Source: Psilocybe cubensis (lineage: Eukaryota). Taken from it: a stretch of 64,000 bases of DNA. The DNA lies in the NCBI GenBank assembly GCA_017499595.2, contig CM038998.1:4030001-4094000 (forward strand), read 5' to 3'. A program made the position numbers and the translations under genes. Shown here one piece after another: positions 1-13,134 of the stretch. How positions within the stretch are numbered: the first letter of the stretch is position 1; each line of letters begins with the position of its first letter. The notes under the pieces are model-generated. The model did no database searches and was not told the origin of the DNA. It saw nothing but the letters and a program-made list of their open reading frames with translations.

Positions 1-960
1 TGCTCCTCACTCGTCAGATTTTTTCAAGTTGACGGTGGCTGATACTACAGAGGCAGAGACAGGCAGAGACAGATGCATGGTATGACATTGCATTGCATTG
101 CATGGCATGATCGCGAATCGTGAATCCCTCCGTGACTCCGATGGTCCGTGGTCGTAGTGGTCCGTGGATGTCCATGCACGTTCGGTAGGTTCTTGATGAA
201 GGAAAGAAGGAAAGAAGGAAGGATACTTGCTAGTTACGCTGGGATAGTAGGAGACGGGATAGGAGTTTCCCTTTCCCTTTCATTTCCTTAATCTTTTCCT
301 TTACCTGACTCGCCGTATGGCGTTGGCGCTGGCATTGGCGCTGGCATTGGCATTGGTATTGGCGCGCCACTTCATACGCATGCGCGTGCACATACGCAGC
401 ATCGTCTCGTTTCGCGTTTCGCGTTTCGCGTTTCTAATTTCTCGATTTTAATTTCTAATTCATGCGTTTACGCGTTCGCGTTTCTCGTTTTTAATTTCTC
501 GATTTTAATTTCTAATTTCCCGTTCACGCGTTTCTCTCGTTCTCGTCCGCGCGCTATGTTAATGTGTAAATGTGTAAATGTGTTAATGTAGCTCACCATC
601 TCGACGACGCGACGACGCGACATTACACCCAACATCCAACATCCAACATCTAGCATCTAACATCTAACATCTAACATCTAACATCCCATCAACGCTTGAC
701 TTCATCACGACCACACTGAGCCTTTGCTTACACCTTTTTGCTTGGCAACAAGTACGAAGTATGAAGTACGAAGAGCGAAGTACGAGAAACGAAGAACGAA
801 GAACGAAGAACGGAAAAGAAGTATGAAGTATGAAGTATGATTATGACAGGAATTGATTGATTAGATGAGTTAATTTCAATTAAACTGCTCAGCTGTCATT
901 GACGCGACTCGCGACTCGCGAGACTGAGAACTGAGAAGAGGAGAGGAGAGGATACGAAAG
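1..960. repeat. Microsatellite/low-complexity intergenic tract
   Basis: Dense short tandem repeats: (CATTG)n, (GCGTTTC)n, (AACATCT)n, (ACGAAGA)n, (AAGTATG)n; no credible ORF. Confidence 0.8.
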
Positions 961-1000
961 GAAAGGAGAGGAGAACAGATTTTTTTCTCCACTCCAGGCT

Positions 1001-2582
1001 TACGGTTGGCGGGTGACTTCAGGTCTGTATATGGAAGGCAAACGCTAATGTCCGAGGGGTGTTAGTGGGAGTTGGCACCGCTTCGCAGAACGAAATGAAG
1101 ATATCTGCAATGTGTGACAGTGTGCCACTGAGGTGACCCCATGGCCATCGCCGTTATGTTGCCATTGCATGGGGTTTCAGTATCTTCATCTTTCCCCCAC
1201 AATGTCCAATGATCCATGTTGGATCCATGCCAACTTTGCACAATCATATGACCGGTTACTCTCCAGAGTTTTATGACATAATCCCGGGACCAACACCAGC
1301 ATTGACTTGCAAAATACGTCATTTCACTGCATATCATCCAAACGGCCTATAGGGACCAAGGCGCATTAACCTCAGTGTTGCTTTTTTGTGGTAGTCAGAA
1401 CGTTATACATTATTTAATATTCATCGACTGTCAGTTTACTATAGATTATCCCAATCTATTAGGTTATCTAGGTTTGTTGTCATCCAACCGGGTATTGTGT
1501 GTGACGGATCCTCTACAAACTCCAAATGGCATGATGTGACATGTCCGCGTCATGTTGTCAGATATGTTTGTTTATGCATTCACGTTCAGCCCAATCTTCT
1601 CGAATCTCTCCGTCGTCGCTGCTGGGGTGGTTCCCCTCGTGAACAACACCCTCATATTCTTTGCGATATCTTGGAGCTTAGCAAAAAACTCTCTGCACCA
1701 TCTGAATTTCCAAGTTGGGTTCCGGGTCATTGTGTTTGGTGACTACATGCCAGTGTTCTCGAGGTCGTTGCTGCAGGCCTAGGACGCTCTCCCTCCCCTC
1801 CTCTGACCAATTTTCTCCTTTAGGCTGTGGCCAACTTTCGACGTGTCTTGTAGATTTGTCACAACCCAAACTAGGTCAGCTGGTTTAATTTTCTGCGAGT
1901 TGTGACTGACACCTATACAACTATGCAAGACGCGGATACAAGGCTGCTTGAATTGGAATGGGCGTTGGATGGGATTACGGATGGGATAGAACGATAGAGA
2001 TGCTAACAAACATCAGGTACGCTATAAACATACGGTTTCTTCCCCTCCTTTTCTTTGCAGGCTAGCAGCCTAGGAATTTTCAAGCCTGGAAATACACTAG
2101 GCCGCTGGCTCATTATTGACTGTCGACTATTCTTTGGAATGTTTCTCCAGAGATATTTAGTCGGCACTATTTCATTCTTTTTTAGTGATTTTTTCTCTAT
2201 TCTCATCTTCTGAGCTGCCATTAGCCATGCTTATCATAGCCGGTTCGATCGCCATCGCCCGACATTTACGCTCTCCCTGGTATTTAAACCTTGTTCTTCC
2301 ACGATTCGCAATTTTCAACTAAGAATACCTTCAGTGACAAGTGTCCCCAATGGCATCCTATTCTTCTGGAAGTACGGGTCCCCGTGAAAACAGAACATCA
2401 TTACGCTCAGATTCGGCACCCAGATTCAAAAATAAAGGGGAAAAGGAGAGATGACAAGAAATATTATATTATTGCAAAGTAAACTAAGCCTGCTCAGCGG
2501 TAGGGACCCCATCACACCGATGGCCTGTCAGAAGCTGACAAAATCGTGATGGAGACAGACCTGAAGTCAGCCGCCAACCGTA
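1001..2582. mobile_element. Non-autonomous TIR DNA transposon (28-bp TIRs, 6-bp TSD CAGGCT)
   Basis: 1001-1028 TACGGTTGGCGGGTGACTTCAGGTCTGT matches the reverse complement of 2555-2582 with one mismatch; CAGGCT lies directly outside both ends (995-1000, 2583-2588); no recognisable transposase ORF inside. Confidence 0.85.
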
Positions 2583-3362
2583 CAGGCTTCTTCACGTTGA
2601 ACTCGGATGCGACTCGTTTGACCTTCGAATCATGATGCATGAATCATGACCGCTGTACAGCTCACGACGCGATGAGGACGATGAGAACATGAGGACGAGC
2701 GTCTGCGTCAGAGGATTTTCTTTCTCGAATTTTCGTTTGCCAGTCCTAGTCGTCTCTGGATCCACCTGCATGCATATTGTATAATAATTTTCTGTAATAT
2801 TCAGAGCTTCCAACTTCAACTTCAATGTTCAGTGTGGTGTAGTGTAGTGTAGTAGTAGTGTCATGCCTGCTCGTCTACCTGACTGTCCGGACGAGCGTTC
2901 AATCCATTCCAATCATCCATCCGAGTCCAGGATGGCGGGAGTCGACCTGCAAGGAGGTCTCGAGTAATGGTAATGTACAGGCTTCAAGGATCCACCTTGA
3001 AGCTTCCGTATTTCACCAGTTTCTCTTCAGCGTCAACGCTTTAGCTTTCTACTCCAGAGTTAAAGGGATGCGTCCGAGCCCCTATCTGATTCAGAACAAC
3101 TACTATACGCCATACCCACCATCCCCTTTCTCACTGCGTAGTACACAATATCAGTGACTAAAGTAAGGAAGAGTATATACCAACTTTACTTCAGTAACAC
3201 CACAACGTGCAGAGTGAACCCAGAGCTCCCTATATCGACATCAACCCTGCATAAGTGTCTAATTGATTGAGCGACGCAACGACGCGACGCGACGCGACAG
3301 TTCGGAAACAGATCCCGCCTCGCACGTGACACGCGCATCCACCATCCGACGGACGCCGTCAC

Positions 3363-3754
3363 CCGTGGGCGTATTTCATTCTCTAACCCTATCACTATCA
3401 CTATCACAATCACAATCTCATACCCAACGGTCAACCCATTCGCAAAGAACACAAAAAAGCTCTTATCTAAAGATAGGATGATACTCCCGCTGCGAACTTC
3501 TCCAGTCCTATCCATATCCATATCCATATCCCTATCAATGTCATATTCTGATTATCCCATGCCCGTGGCCCTTTTCTGAAATTCCCAAGCGCTGCTAGTA
3601 TCCGACGTCGGGTGATATGCATATGCATATGCGACCCGTGGGCCGTGGGGCGTGGTCTAGCTTTCTGTCTTTTGTTTTTCTCTCATGTCGAACTTGCGAA
3701 GGGATTTGGAAGAGATTAGGAGGGACCCATGACCATGGCCGTGGACCTATATAA
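3363..3754 (+). promoter_or_regulatory. Putative promoter: five CCGTGG motifs and TATA box upstream of the PuuE-like gene
   Basis: CCGTGG at 3363, 3563, 3636, 3643 and 3739; TATATAA at 3748-3754, about 130 bp before the ATG at 3882. Confidence 0.4.
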
Positions 3755-3881
3755 CAGGGCGAACATTCACTCAATGCTCAACCACCACTTCTCCAACAAC
3801 CAAAGGTCTCTCACCCACCTTCCTACCTACTCTCCAATATCTAAACCCCGTCTTTAGATCTCTACAAGCTCTTCTCCTACA

Positions 3882-5233
3882 ATGTCCACATCCACATCCA
3901 CCGTGAACCTGACCAACTACCCCCCACGCGACTTCAAAGGGTACGGCCGTGTGCCGCCCAACCCGAACTGGCCCAACGGCGCCAAGATCGCGGTCAACTT
4001 TGTCATCAACTACGAAGAAGGCGGCGAGAACACGCTCGACAACGGCGATGCGCAGGGCGAGGCGATGTTGCAGGAAGTCGGCCCCGTGCGTTTTTCTCTC
4101 TCTCTTTCTTTTTCATTTCATGCTTTTTAACCTCTGCGTTTCTATTTGTATATCTGACTTTACTGATTCTGTTTGGCCTTTTTTGTTTTTGTAGAAAATT
4201 GGATTGCAGGGCGAGCGCGATATTCCGATGGAGACTCAGTTCGAGTACGGCTCGCGCCGCGGTATGTGGCGCCTGCTCAACCTCTTCGAGAAGCACAACA
4301 TGGCCGTGACAATCTACGCCGTCGGAAAAGCATACGAGCAACAACCGTACGTTTCCCCTCCCACCCCTTCCCACCCCACCCTTCTCACACAACTCACATT
4401 TCCCAATTTCCCAATTTCCCAATTTTTTGTAATCCAGAGACATCGCCGCGGCATGCGAACAAGGCGGGCACGAAACAGCCTCGCACTGCTACCGCTGGAT
4501 CGACTACACGCTCATGGACGCCGAGACGGAGGAGAAGCATATCAGACAGGCAGTCGAGTCGTTTAAGAAGACGAGTCCGACGGGCAAGGTCCCTGTCGGG
4601 TGGTACTACGGCCGCCCGTCCCCGCGCAGCCGCGCGCTCATATCCAAAGTGTACCGCGAGCTCGGTCTGGAGCTTTTGTACCAAGCTGATACCTGTACGC
4701 GCTTTCTTCTCGTATCTTAAAACCTTTTTTTTTGCTGAACTTCCCTCTGTCCCTCTGCTCCGCCCACAGACGCCGACGACCTCCCATACTACATCCCCGA
4801 CCCCATCGCAGGCCCCTCCGAAGGCCTCCTAATGATGCCCTACAGCTACGACTGCAACGACTTCAAATTCTTTGTCGCGCCAGGGTTCGGCTCCTCCATG
4901 GCCTACTTCGAACACGCCAAGAACGGGTTCGATACGCTGTATGAGGAAGGCGAGAACGGGCAGCCGGCGTATCTTACTGTTGCGCTGCATGCGCGGGTTA
5001 TTGGACGGCCTGGGAGGTTTCAGGCTATTAAGCAGGTGCGTTGGTTTTTTGCTTTCTTTTTTTGATGGGATGGGATGTGTGTTGATCGTTGAGGATGGTT
5101 TCCTTTTTGTTTCTTTCTTTTTCAGTTTGTTGAGTATGTGGCGCAGAAACCTGATGTGTGGGTTGCTACCCGCGAGCAGATTGCGAGGCATTGGAAGGCG
5201 CAGTACCCGTATCAACCTCCTAGCGCTGCCTAG
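3882..5233 (+). CDS. Polysaccharide deacetylase (CE4) family protein, PuuE allantoinase / S. pombe Cda1-like; multi-exon
   Basis: Spliced ORF pieces give PRDFKGYG..PNWPNGAKIAVNFVINYEEGGE, FEYGSRRGMWRLL, HETASHCYRWIDY, GWYYGRPS, PYSYDCNDFKF, LHARVIGRPGR, VWVATREQIARHW; stop TAG at 5231-5233. Confidence 0.9.
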
Positions 5234-5661
5234 TTATTTTCGATAATTAGATAAATGCGCATATATCAGGCCTCAGGCGTTATGGGTGGAGAAGGTCATC
5301 GAAAGGGTGCTGCTTATTACTTTATATTAGATTTAGGATCAAGCTTTTCATTTTTTCATTTCACGTTCATTCATTCTCATTCCTATTCCTATTCCTATTC
5401 CTATTCCTTCTTGTAAAATAAGCAAAGTAAATCTATAATCCGATTTTTTCTCTATGGTAAAGGGTATTATTTGAGCATATGCAGTGTGGGTTACTTTTTT
5501 TAAAGCTGAAGCTGATATACGAAGTTTGGAATGACAAGTAGATGAAATGTTATAACGCTACATGTGAATGATAGTGCAAAAAAGAAAAAAAAAAGATAGT
5601 AATTACTCTACGCCATACGGGATGTGCATGTGAACCTTAACCAGCTGAACACACGGAATGG

Positions 5662-7767
5662 TTACGGCGTTACGGTTACGGTCAGATTCAATTCCCTCTT
5701 CTCGTCCTCTATCTTCTCTTTTTGCATATCGTCAAGAATGACAGTCGACACCCTTCTCTCACTCACACTCGCATCCTGCTCAACATCCGGTACCGCGGCG
5801 CTGTGACCACCAGATCCCAAATTCGCACCCGCACCCGCACCCGCACCACCTTGACCTTGACCTTGAGCACCACCACCACCACCACCAGCTGCAAAAGCAA
5901 CCCGCTTCCGCGCCTCCAGCCCGCCTTCATACCCAAACCACGTAAACCTTCCACAATGCGGGCCACGCACGAGGAGGAGCAGGAGCTGCAGCCCAAAGAG
6001 GCCTGTGGAGAGCGCGGCGGCTGCGCGCCATCCCGAGTGGACGAAGACGTGTGTGCCGACGGATGTGCCGATTACTTGGCCTATGAAGATCTATAGGATG
6101 TGTGCGGTGGTGAGGATAACGCTGGATTGACGCTGGATTGAGACGATCCCCAGCCTGACTTAGACTTACGGAGAGAATGGAGACTGCGTTCAGACGCGAC
6201 CGCGCGGCGGGCGAGATGCTACCGTCAGAACAGCACATGCGCAAGTGTCAGTTTCGAAATGTAACGCAATCCAAATGTACAAGGAGAAGGACAGACCCAA
6301 AGATCGAAGTTGTCAATGAAACGCGGACCATCTGGGTGAAGACGTCGAGGCCGAAGGCAGCGATGACGACAGCTGCGACGCTGATGCCTCCCGCGCCTGT
6401 CTGCACCGCGGACGTGACTAGGAGCATCGCGATGGCGAATAGCGTTCCGTACCACGGCACGAGCTTATCCAGCACGCGCCCGAGCAGCGGGCCCATCGCC
6501 ACGCCCGCCATACCCACCAAGCCGAACAGCCCAATGACCAGTCTGCATGAACATCTCAATCAGTATGCATTCTACCACCCTCTCACGGAGAAAATACCGT
6601 ACGTGGAATAGTCGTATGGCGGCCCGCCGAGGAGGAAAGTGAGCGTCACCCAGAAATTGCTGAAGCACGCGCTCGACGCCAGATTGAGGAGACACGCTTG
6701 GATAAGGACCGGTTCCGTCACAGCGAACTTGACCATCGTCCACAACGTCTGCCAGTACGTCAGGTCGCTGTTCTTCGACGGATAGTCCGGGAGCATGAGG
6801 TAGCTGCCGCCCAGCACGAGCGCCTGCACGCCGATGGCGAAGTAGTACACGACGCGCCACGACCTGAACTCGGCGATGATGCCCGCCAGCACGCGCGCGA
6901 TGAGGATGCCGAAGAGGAGCCCGGAGAGGACGAGCGAGACGGCGGATGCACGGCGCTTCTCTGGCGCGAGGTCCGCGGCGAGCGGGGTGAGGATCTGCGG
7001 GGTGACGGAGACGATGCCGACGAAGAAGGAGAGCACTTGGAAGACGACGAGGTTGTTGGTGATGGCCAGGCCGATGGTGAGCGCCGTTGAGATCGTGACG
7101 ATGAAGAGAATGAGCTGTCTGCGACGCAGGAGGTCTCCGAGCGGTGAGACGAGTACGATCCCGATTCCATAGCTACATGTACGCTCAGTATTCAGGATTC
7201 TGCTCCAATTTTAAGATTTGACATGAGAATCAGCCGTACCCAGCTTGGACCAATGTCGGTATTCTTGATAAAAAAAAAGATTAGTCGAGACAAAATCTCT
7301 TTGCAAAATATAGGACGCACAGTGACACCTCGCTGTAAGATGCATTAAATGATTCGGATAGTTGTACTGCACGGATCGTCAGCGACGCGACATGAAATAG
7401 TATCCCGCTGCGAACTTAATAATGGTTGACAGTAATACAAGTTGGCTACAGCTATCGGAGTCACGACCCAGTCAACGCTTATTCCGACACCGATTGTATT
7501 CAGTGACTCACTGAAAGTAGAAGCGAAGGCAAAAGCAATGTTCAACAGCAAACCAAAGTGCGGAGGTTTGGACGGGTCGTATCGAAGATGTCGAGGAATA
7601 GGCAAGAACCCGAACTCCTTGGTAAAAGCAACCTCTTCATCGCCCATAACTTTCTCTTCGCTTTTCAACTGCGTCAGACTCTCCTTCTTTGTTGACTTCG
7701 TGTCCCGAGGCTCATTGTCCAAAGAAGCCGTCGGAGACGGAGACGTTTTGGCACTCCCGTTTCCCAT
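5662..7767 (-). CDS. MFS transporter (type shared with bacteria); multi-exon
   Basis: VANLYYCQPLL, SPLGDLLRRRQL, PQILTPLAADLAPEKRRASAVSLVLSGLLFGILIARVLAG and many hydrophobic helices across GT-AG-separated exons. Confidence 0.85.
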
Positions 7768-8932
7768 TTCGACCTGATAGAAAATGGCCTCTGAAGACCG
7801 AGAGCCTGAGAGCCAGAGGCAAGCAATCCCGGTGTACGTCACGGTAGTAGAACGACGGCAGGGGTTTGATAAAAATTCTGCATGGCAGTATTTAAGTAAA
7901 TCCCTGGAGCCTTTTTTCTCAGCCGTTTCAAGTGATTCAGGAACGATGGCCGATGGCACAGAGGCCAAGGTTGTCGCCCCACTACGAGGGATGTTGACAA
8001 TTCATTTTTAAGGAAGATTTTCGCATCAATATATGGATTGCGATGGCTTATTCTTGGGACTTTCACACGTATTGTTGGAAGGAGATGTTAATAACTTTCG
8101 CCTTGACGGTCCTGTCCTAGATTTATAATTGGTTTTGCGATGAAGGATCATACTGGACTCACCAACTTGAGTTCTTTGGTTATAGTTATTGTGTCATAAA
8201 CGTCGTCCACATCGTCAAGCGATAGCGTTTCAGAAAGGAACGGAACCATTGATGGCAGCATATCCCTACCGGCGTGATTGTGCACAGAGCAACATTGTGA
8301 GAATCAAAAGTAAATGACATAATTGGTACCGTTGGAAAAGTCCCAGATTAATATTGGGCAGACATGGAATGAACAGCCCGAATGACGGTGAGCCTTCAAC
8401 CCGTTACGGACGTCCCAGCATTGCCAACTGAATGTTGAACGTTCGTCCAGGAAAAGAAGCACTGTGAGCTTTCTCTAGAATAGAATCTCAGATATCAGCG
8501 TGAGTGATTCAGAATTAACTGGAAATGGGGAAGATAAACTCTGGGTCAAAGGTCAAGTGAGAAGTGAGGGTTACATGGTAGCTGAGAGAATCCATATTTT
8601 CGAAACTGATGTGGTTGGTGATTACGAGAGTAACAAGAGCCAAACACGGACACCCAGTACTAGAAAAACATTGGTCTAAAGAAACATCACACATTTTTGC
8701 CTAGTATTTTAAGTATTATCTACGCTTCACCATATCTGCGCTAGGCAGAGCACAGGAAGTATCCTCAAAAGTCATGTTATTTAACTGAACCATGGAGCAA
8801 TATTTTATGCCCACTCTCATCAAGTCCAGAGGGTTTGATGTGCGAGACTCGATGGGCGAATTGATACCCGCGCACTAATTTTTTCTCGCCGAAAGGTCAA
8901 AGTCAGAACTTATAGCATTCGAGACATTTGGA

Positions 8933-10870
8933 TCATGTCAACTTCTTCTTGGAAGTTGAATGAGAATTCAAAATCAATGCGCTCAGGCTCGTTGCAACAG
9001 CCATAGATCCTAAGATGCTTTATCAGATCCAAACTGAAAACGGAATGGCGGGATTGTTTATACGAGTTCTTACCTACGAATATTTCGACCTTGCGGAATC
9101 CAAAGCCTCCGTACACAGTTTTGGCGGTACTTTGGGTGTCGTAAAGTGAGGCGGCGATGATAGGACCAATGGTGGCTCCGATTCCCTTGAAGCCGGAGAA
9201 ACATCCCATAGCGAGACTTGTTATATGATCGCGAGAACCTTCCAATAAATTTTCAGAACACGTTATTGGATTATTAATTGAGCACAGAGCAGACCTCCAA
9301 TATCAGTACCAGCTGCGGGCCAAATGGCTGCGATACCCCCGCTCTGCGGCAAAAAATCGGGTCAGCATACATCGATATATTTCCCAAAAACAAAGAACAT
9401 ACGAATCCACCGAATATAGCTGCAAATGCGAACACCAGAGTTAATGACGACGCGAATCCCCACACAAAGAATGCTGCAAGAGCACTTCCTAGGCCGCTAA
9501 CGAAGATGATGTATGGATATGGATACGAATCGCTGATTCTTCCGAACAATAGGTAGGACAGTGAAGAGGATACATTGAAAATGGCGAGAACGACAGTGGA
9601 AGGCAGAGTAGCAGACGAAAGCGACGAAGTGTAGGTTGAAATAAGGATGCTGACAGGGAAATAAGAAAGCGCTTGCAAAATGCTGATCGCAAGCTATAAT
9701 ATTAGTCAGCACTTCGCTCAGCGCAGGAGTAATTGCTTGTGAGGAGACCTACCATGCTGTATAAGAGAGGGCTCTTGAAGTGAGATAAATCGCGAGGTAG
9801 CCATGGTTCTCTAGGAATGGGCATGGTAGACTTTCTAATGGGGACTCTGGGGTTTACTCCGAGAATAGCAAGTCCGCCGGTAACGCCTAAAGCCAAAGCC
9901 CATATCCTGTAATAAATTATGCAATGTTCAGGACATTAAAAGTTATAATATGGCAATAAATTCTCAAACCTCAACGTCCAACGGAATCCCACACCTTTGA
10001 GCAGATAACCCATGATCAGGGGGAAAGCAAAACCTGCGAGACCTGCACCTCCGAATATGAGGCCTGCGGCAAGGCCTCTTCGATTGACAAACCAATCAGG
10101 GATCCAAATGAGAACCGGTGCATACATTGCACCAGCAGCGACACCGAACACCACTCCTTGCAAAAGGATCAAACGCCAAACCTGCGACAGAATCAAGTGA
10201 CTAGAATTATATCGATCGTGGAAGGGCATTACCTGGGTAGCGAAACTTGAAAGGAAAAGTGCAGCGGAGCAGATGCCCAAGGTTATCCACATCATATGCT
10301 TGACATACTCGGGATATCGTTGTGCGACTGGATACACTGTCAGAACATCTTTGGGCCTTGGAAAACACATATCACTTACAGGCCATGACTAACACAGCTT
10401 CCATATATTGAATTCCCAAAGACGTTGTACCAACAGAAGAAATGGCTGCTGCTGAAGCCGTATTAAATGGAGGGTGCGAAGTGTAGTAATCTTATGTGGA
10501 CAATGATCAGTTGACATACTTCTCCTTTGGTGGCAAATCAAGCAGACCTTGAAAAACGCCGTATGTGTTGTTCCAACCCCAGATCAACATCTCGCACAGG
10601 CAACAACAGACACAAAACAACCAAGCATGTCGACCCTATCATTATCGGAATGAGTCTAATTTCGAAGCTTGACGTGACTCTTCCTACCATGTCTACTGGA
10701 GGAAGTGACGCTTCGGTCGAACCGACAGTGTCGTTTACAGTGCCAGAGGGGTGTTCACGTTCTACTTCCTGAATGCTTGAGGGCGAAGCATCGCCCGCTC
10801 GATCTGCGTTTTCTCGTCTATGAAAGACTTCAGCTGAAGAAAAATTTGCCAGTTCCACTTCTGCGCTCAT
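8933..10870 (-). CDS. MFS transporter, monocarboxylate porter (Mch-like) family; multi-exon
   Basis: LPPVD, WRLILLQGVVFGVAAGAMYAPVLIWIPDWFVNRRGLAAGLIFGGAGLAG, VGFRWTLR, FGRISDS; start MSAEVEL at 10870, stop at 8933-8935. Confidence 0.85.
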
Positions 10871-11424
10871 TTGAAGACCGGGTAAGCATTGCGGATACTC
10901 AAGTATATAAAGTCTTTCGAGGAGGTTATGACTCGACCACATCATACGCTATCCATGTGGTCCACTAGCCGAGAACAAATTGCGCTTCGGAGCTATCGGT
11001 AAATTGTGAAGTCCATGATAGGCCCTAGGACAAATGTTAGGGACCAATATAAAAATACAAGAAGAACACCAACACAACAACATCAAAGGGCAATCGATAT
11101 CTTCAGATTCTTCTTCATTCACGTCCAGTTCACCAATCTAAGCGAGCATGGCAAATAATAGTTTTGTTTGATTGGTAAACTTGGCCGGTGGCCGACTTGT
11201 GTCACAGTATCTATTACAAATGTAATACTGTCTGTATTCCCAGAAGATGGCACTTCGCCTGAGTATATGAAGGTCGCTAGTGTTTGCCGTTTGGTTGTGC
11301 ACCCAAGGCACTTGGGGCCGATAGGTTAATGTTGCACAATCCTGCATATCATAGCGGATTGAGAGCCTGTATGACAAATGCACTTGCACCCATGGGTTCG
11401 CACTGATAACGCGAGTTTCGTTTC

Positions 11425-11895
11425 TCAGCCGTCGCTTTGGAATGGGGTTGATGCAACAGAGTCGACTTCCATTTTCAAGTCGCGAGAAGCAGCAGAAGAG
11501 GCGACCTTGCGAGCTGAAAAGGCAGCTAATTGCGCTCTGGAAAGCGACATCAGTGATATGCCAGAGCGAGATGGCAAGGAACGAACTTTTTGCGCTCCTT
11601 CAACATTTCCAACATCTCGATGACGTCGTCCTGCTCCTCAATCGTAAGTTCCCCTCCAGGTAGGTTATTGGCAAAGTCTTTCGCCTGAGCCAGCGCATTT
11701 TTGAAATTAATTGTCTGTGGAGATGAATATGAGGCCAGCGTTTGCTGTAAATATAAGACGACGCACCGCTTGCAACAACTTTTGCCTTGCCTGAGGGTTG
11801 GATATTCCCGAAGTCTGCTGTGTGAGTTCCAATACTTCTAAGAGCTTGGGAAGGAGCTCTGCGTATAAAGACGAAGGGAATACGCTGGTCGACAT
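11425..11895 (-). CDS. MED9: Mediator subunit Med9-like small protein; 3 exons
   Basis: Spliced product MSTSVFPSSLYAELLPKLLEVLEL...FKNALAQAKDFANNLPGGELTIEEQDDVIEMLEMLKERKKAQLAAF; the LPG-x-EEQ coiled-coil pattern resembles Med9/Cse2. Confidence 0.6.
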
Positions 11896-12138
11896 TGAGA
11901 AACGAAAAGGATTTCGAGTTCAAACAGGTTCAAACGTTCATAACGTTCGTGGCTTGTTTGTCACCCTGTGGGAAACTATTTCCCAATGTGAATTTTCGCC
12001 GAAATGCCCCACACCAGCATCAAACTGTTCAATTTTTCATCGAGTTCAATGACATTCCACAATTTCACACTATTTCACATTACATAGATTAAATATAATC
12101 AGTAATTCGTATTTTATGAGATAGAACAGGATAGAACG

Positions 12139-13134
12139 CTAAGTAGTATGGAAATGTTTATGGAATGGCCAAGCGGCCTTCTGATGGTCAACATCGCAGT
12201 AATACGCGCTTCCGCATGGACATTTGCGAAGGGTCTTTCCTGGCGCCCCACAGTGACCGCACCAGTGTTCATTTTTACGGTTGTCCCACCTTTCCTTGAC
12301 CCTCTTCGCCACTTGTCTAAGCCATGCACTATCTGGAGCATCGTTGATCCTCGAACTGTGTTTCCCATCTTCAAAATTGTTCTGCGTCGCGAATCTTGGC
12401 AAATAGCGGTCGACATATTCGTGTACAGGCTCTAAAAGGAACAATCCACGGCCTTTGCATCCACGGCCAACGTCTCCAAATTGCAGCGAAGAGAGGTCGA
12501 GAATGCTTTCGATATTCTGACCGTCTTCAGAGAACGCAAGCACGGCGTGGTCGATAACTCTGGCTCCTCCGGAGATGTATGTTTGGTTGTCGGGCAAAAC
12601 ACAGGCCAAGGTTAATGAGCTAGGTTCCTTGAGCTTCATTTCCAAAATGAGTCGAGCCCCAGCTGATACGGTATAAACCTTTGGTCCATGGTTATCAATA
12701 GTGCGCACGCGAATGGGGATGGTGTTGGGATTGGGAAAGAGGTCGATGAAATGCTGAAACAAAGTAACAGTACGATAGCATCCGTCATGATTTCGGGCTT
12801 GCCAATACAGCGTCTCGAGCTGTTTGGGATTCAAACTGGTCAATGATGGCGACGGAGAATCGGGGAGCATGTTGGATGGTAAGTCGGGACGTGTCTCCGT
12901 TTGACTACCCCTCCTAGGTTTGTCGAACACCATACCCGTCTTAGGAACGTTAGGGGCTGCCCATTCGGGCGCTAGAAGTCTAACGGTCTGAAAGTCTGAA
13001 TTTGTGACTTCACGTAGCTTTGCGTGTCTGAAACGGGGCTCGGTTGATGCCCGCTCGTAATTGAGGAGGAGAGCAATGTCATGCAGGTCGAGAATGTCCG
13101 AGTTACTGGTCTCATTGGAGCTATCTGAAACCAT
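12139..13134 (-). CDS. Zinc-finger MYND domain protein (single exon, 331 aa)
   Basis: Uninterrupted ORF with C-terminal CGHC-x9-CPC-x4-YC-x3-HQKAAWPFHKHF MYND pattern. Confidence 0.85.
   Translation of the reverse strand: MVSDSSNETSNSDILDLHDIALLLNYERASTEPRFRHAKLREVTNSDFQTVRLLAPEWAAPNVPKTGMVFDKPRRGSQTETRPDLPSNMLPDSPSPSLTSLNPKQLETLYWQARNHDGCYRTVTLFQHFIDLFPNPNTIPIRVRTIDNHGPKVYTVSAGARLILEMKLKEPSSLTLACVLPDNQTYISGGARVIDHAVLAFSEDGQNIESILDLSSLQFGDVGRGCKGRGLFLLEPVHEYVDRYLPRFATQNNFEDGKHSSRINDAPDSAWLRQVAKRVKERWDNRKNEHWCGHCGAPGKTLRKCPCGSAYYCDVDHQKAAWPFHKHFHTT

Noticed and set aside
1062..2221. Short ORFs inside the first TIR element as a transposase
   Set aside because: No DDE, KDZ or hAT motif recognisable by eye; the ORFs are short and on both strands.
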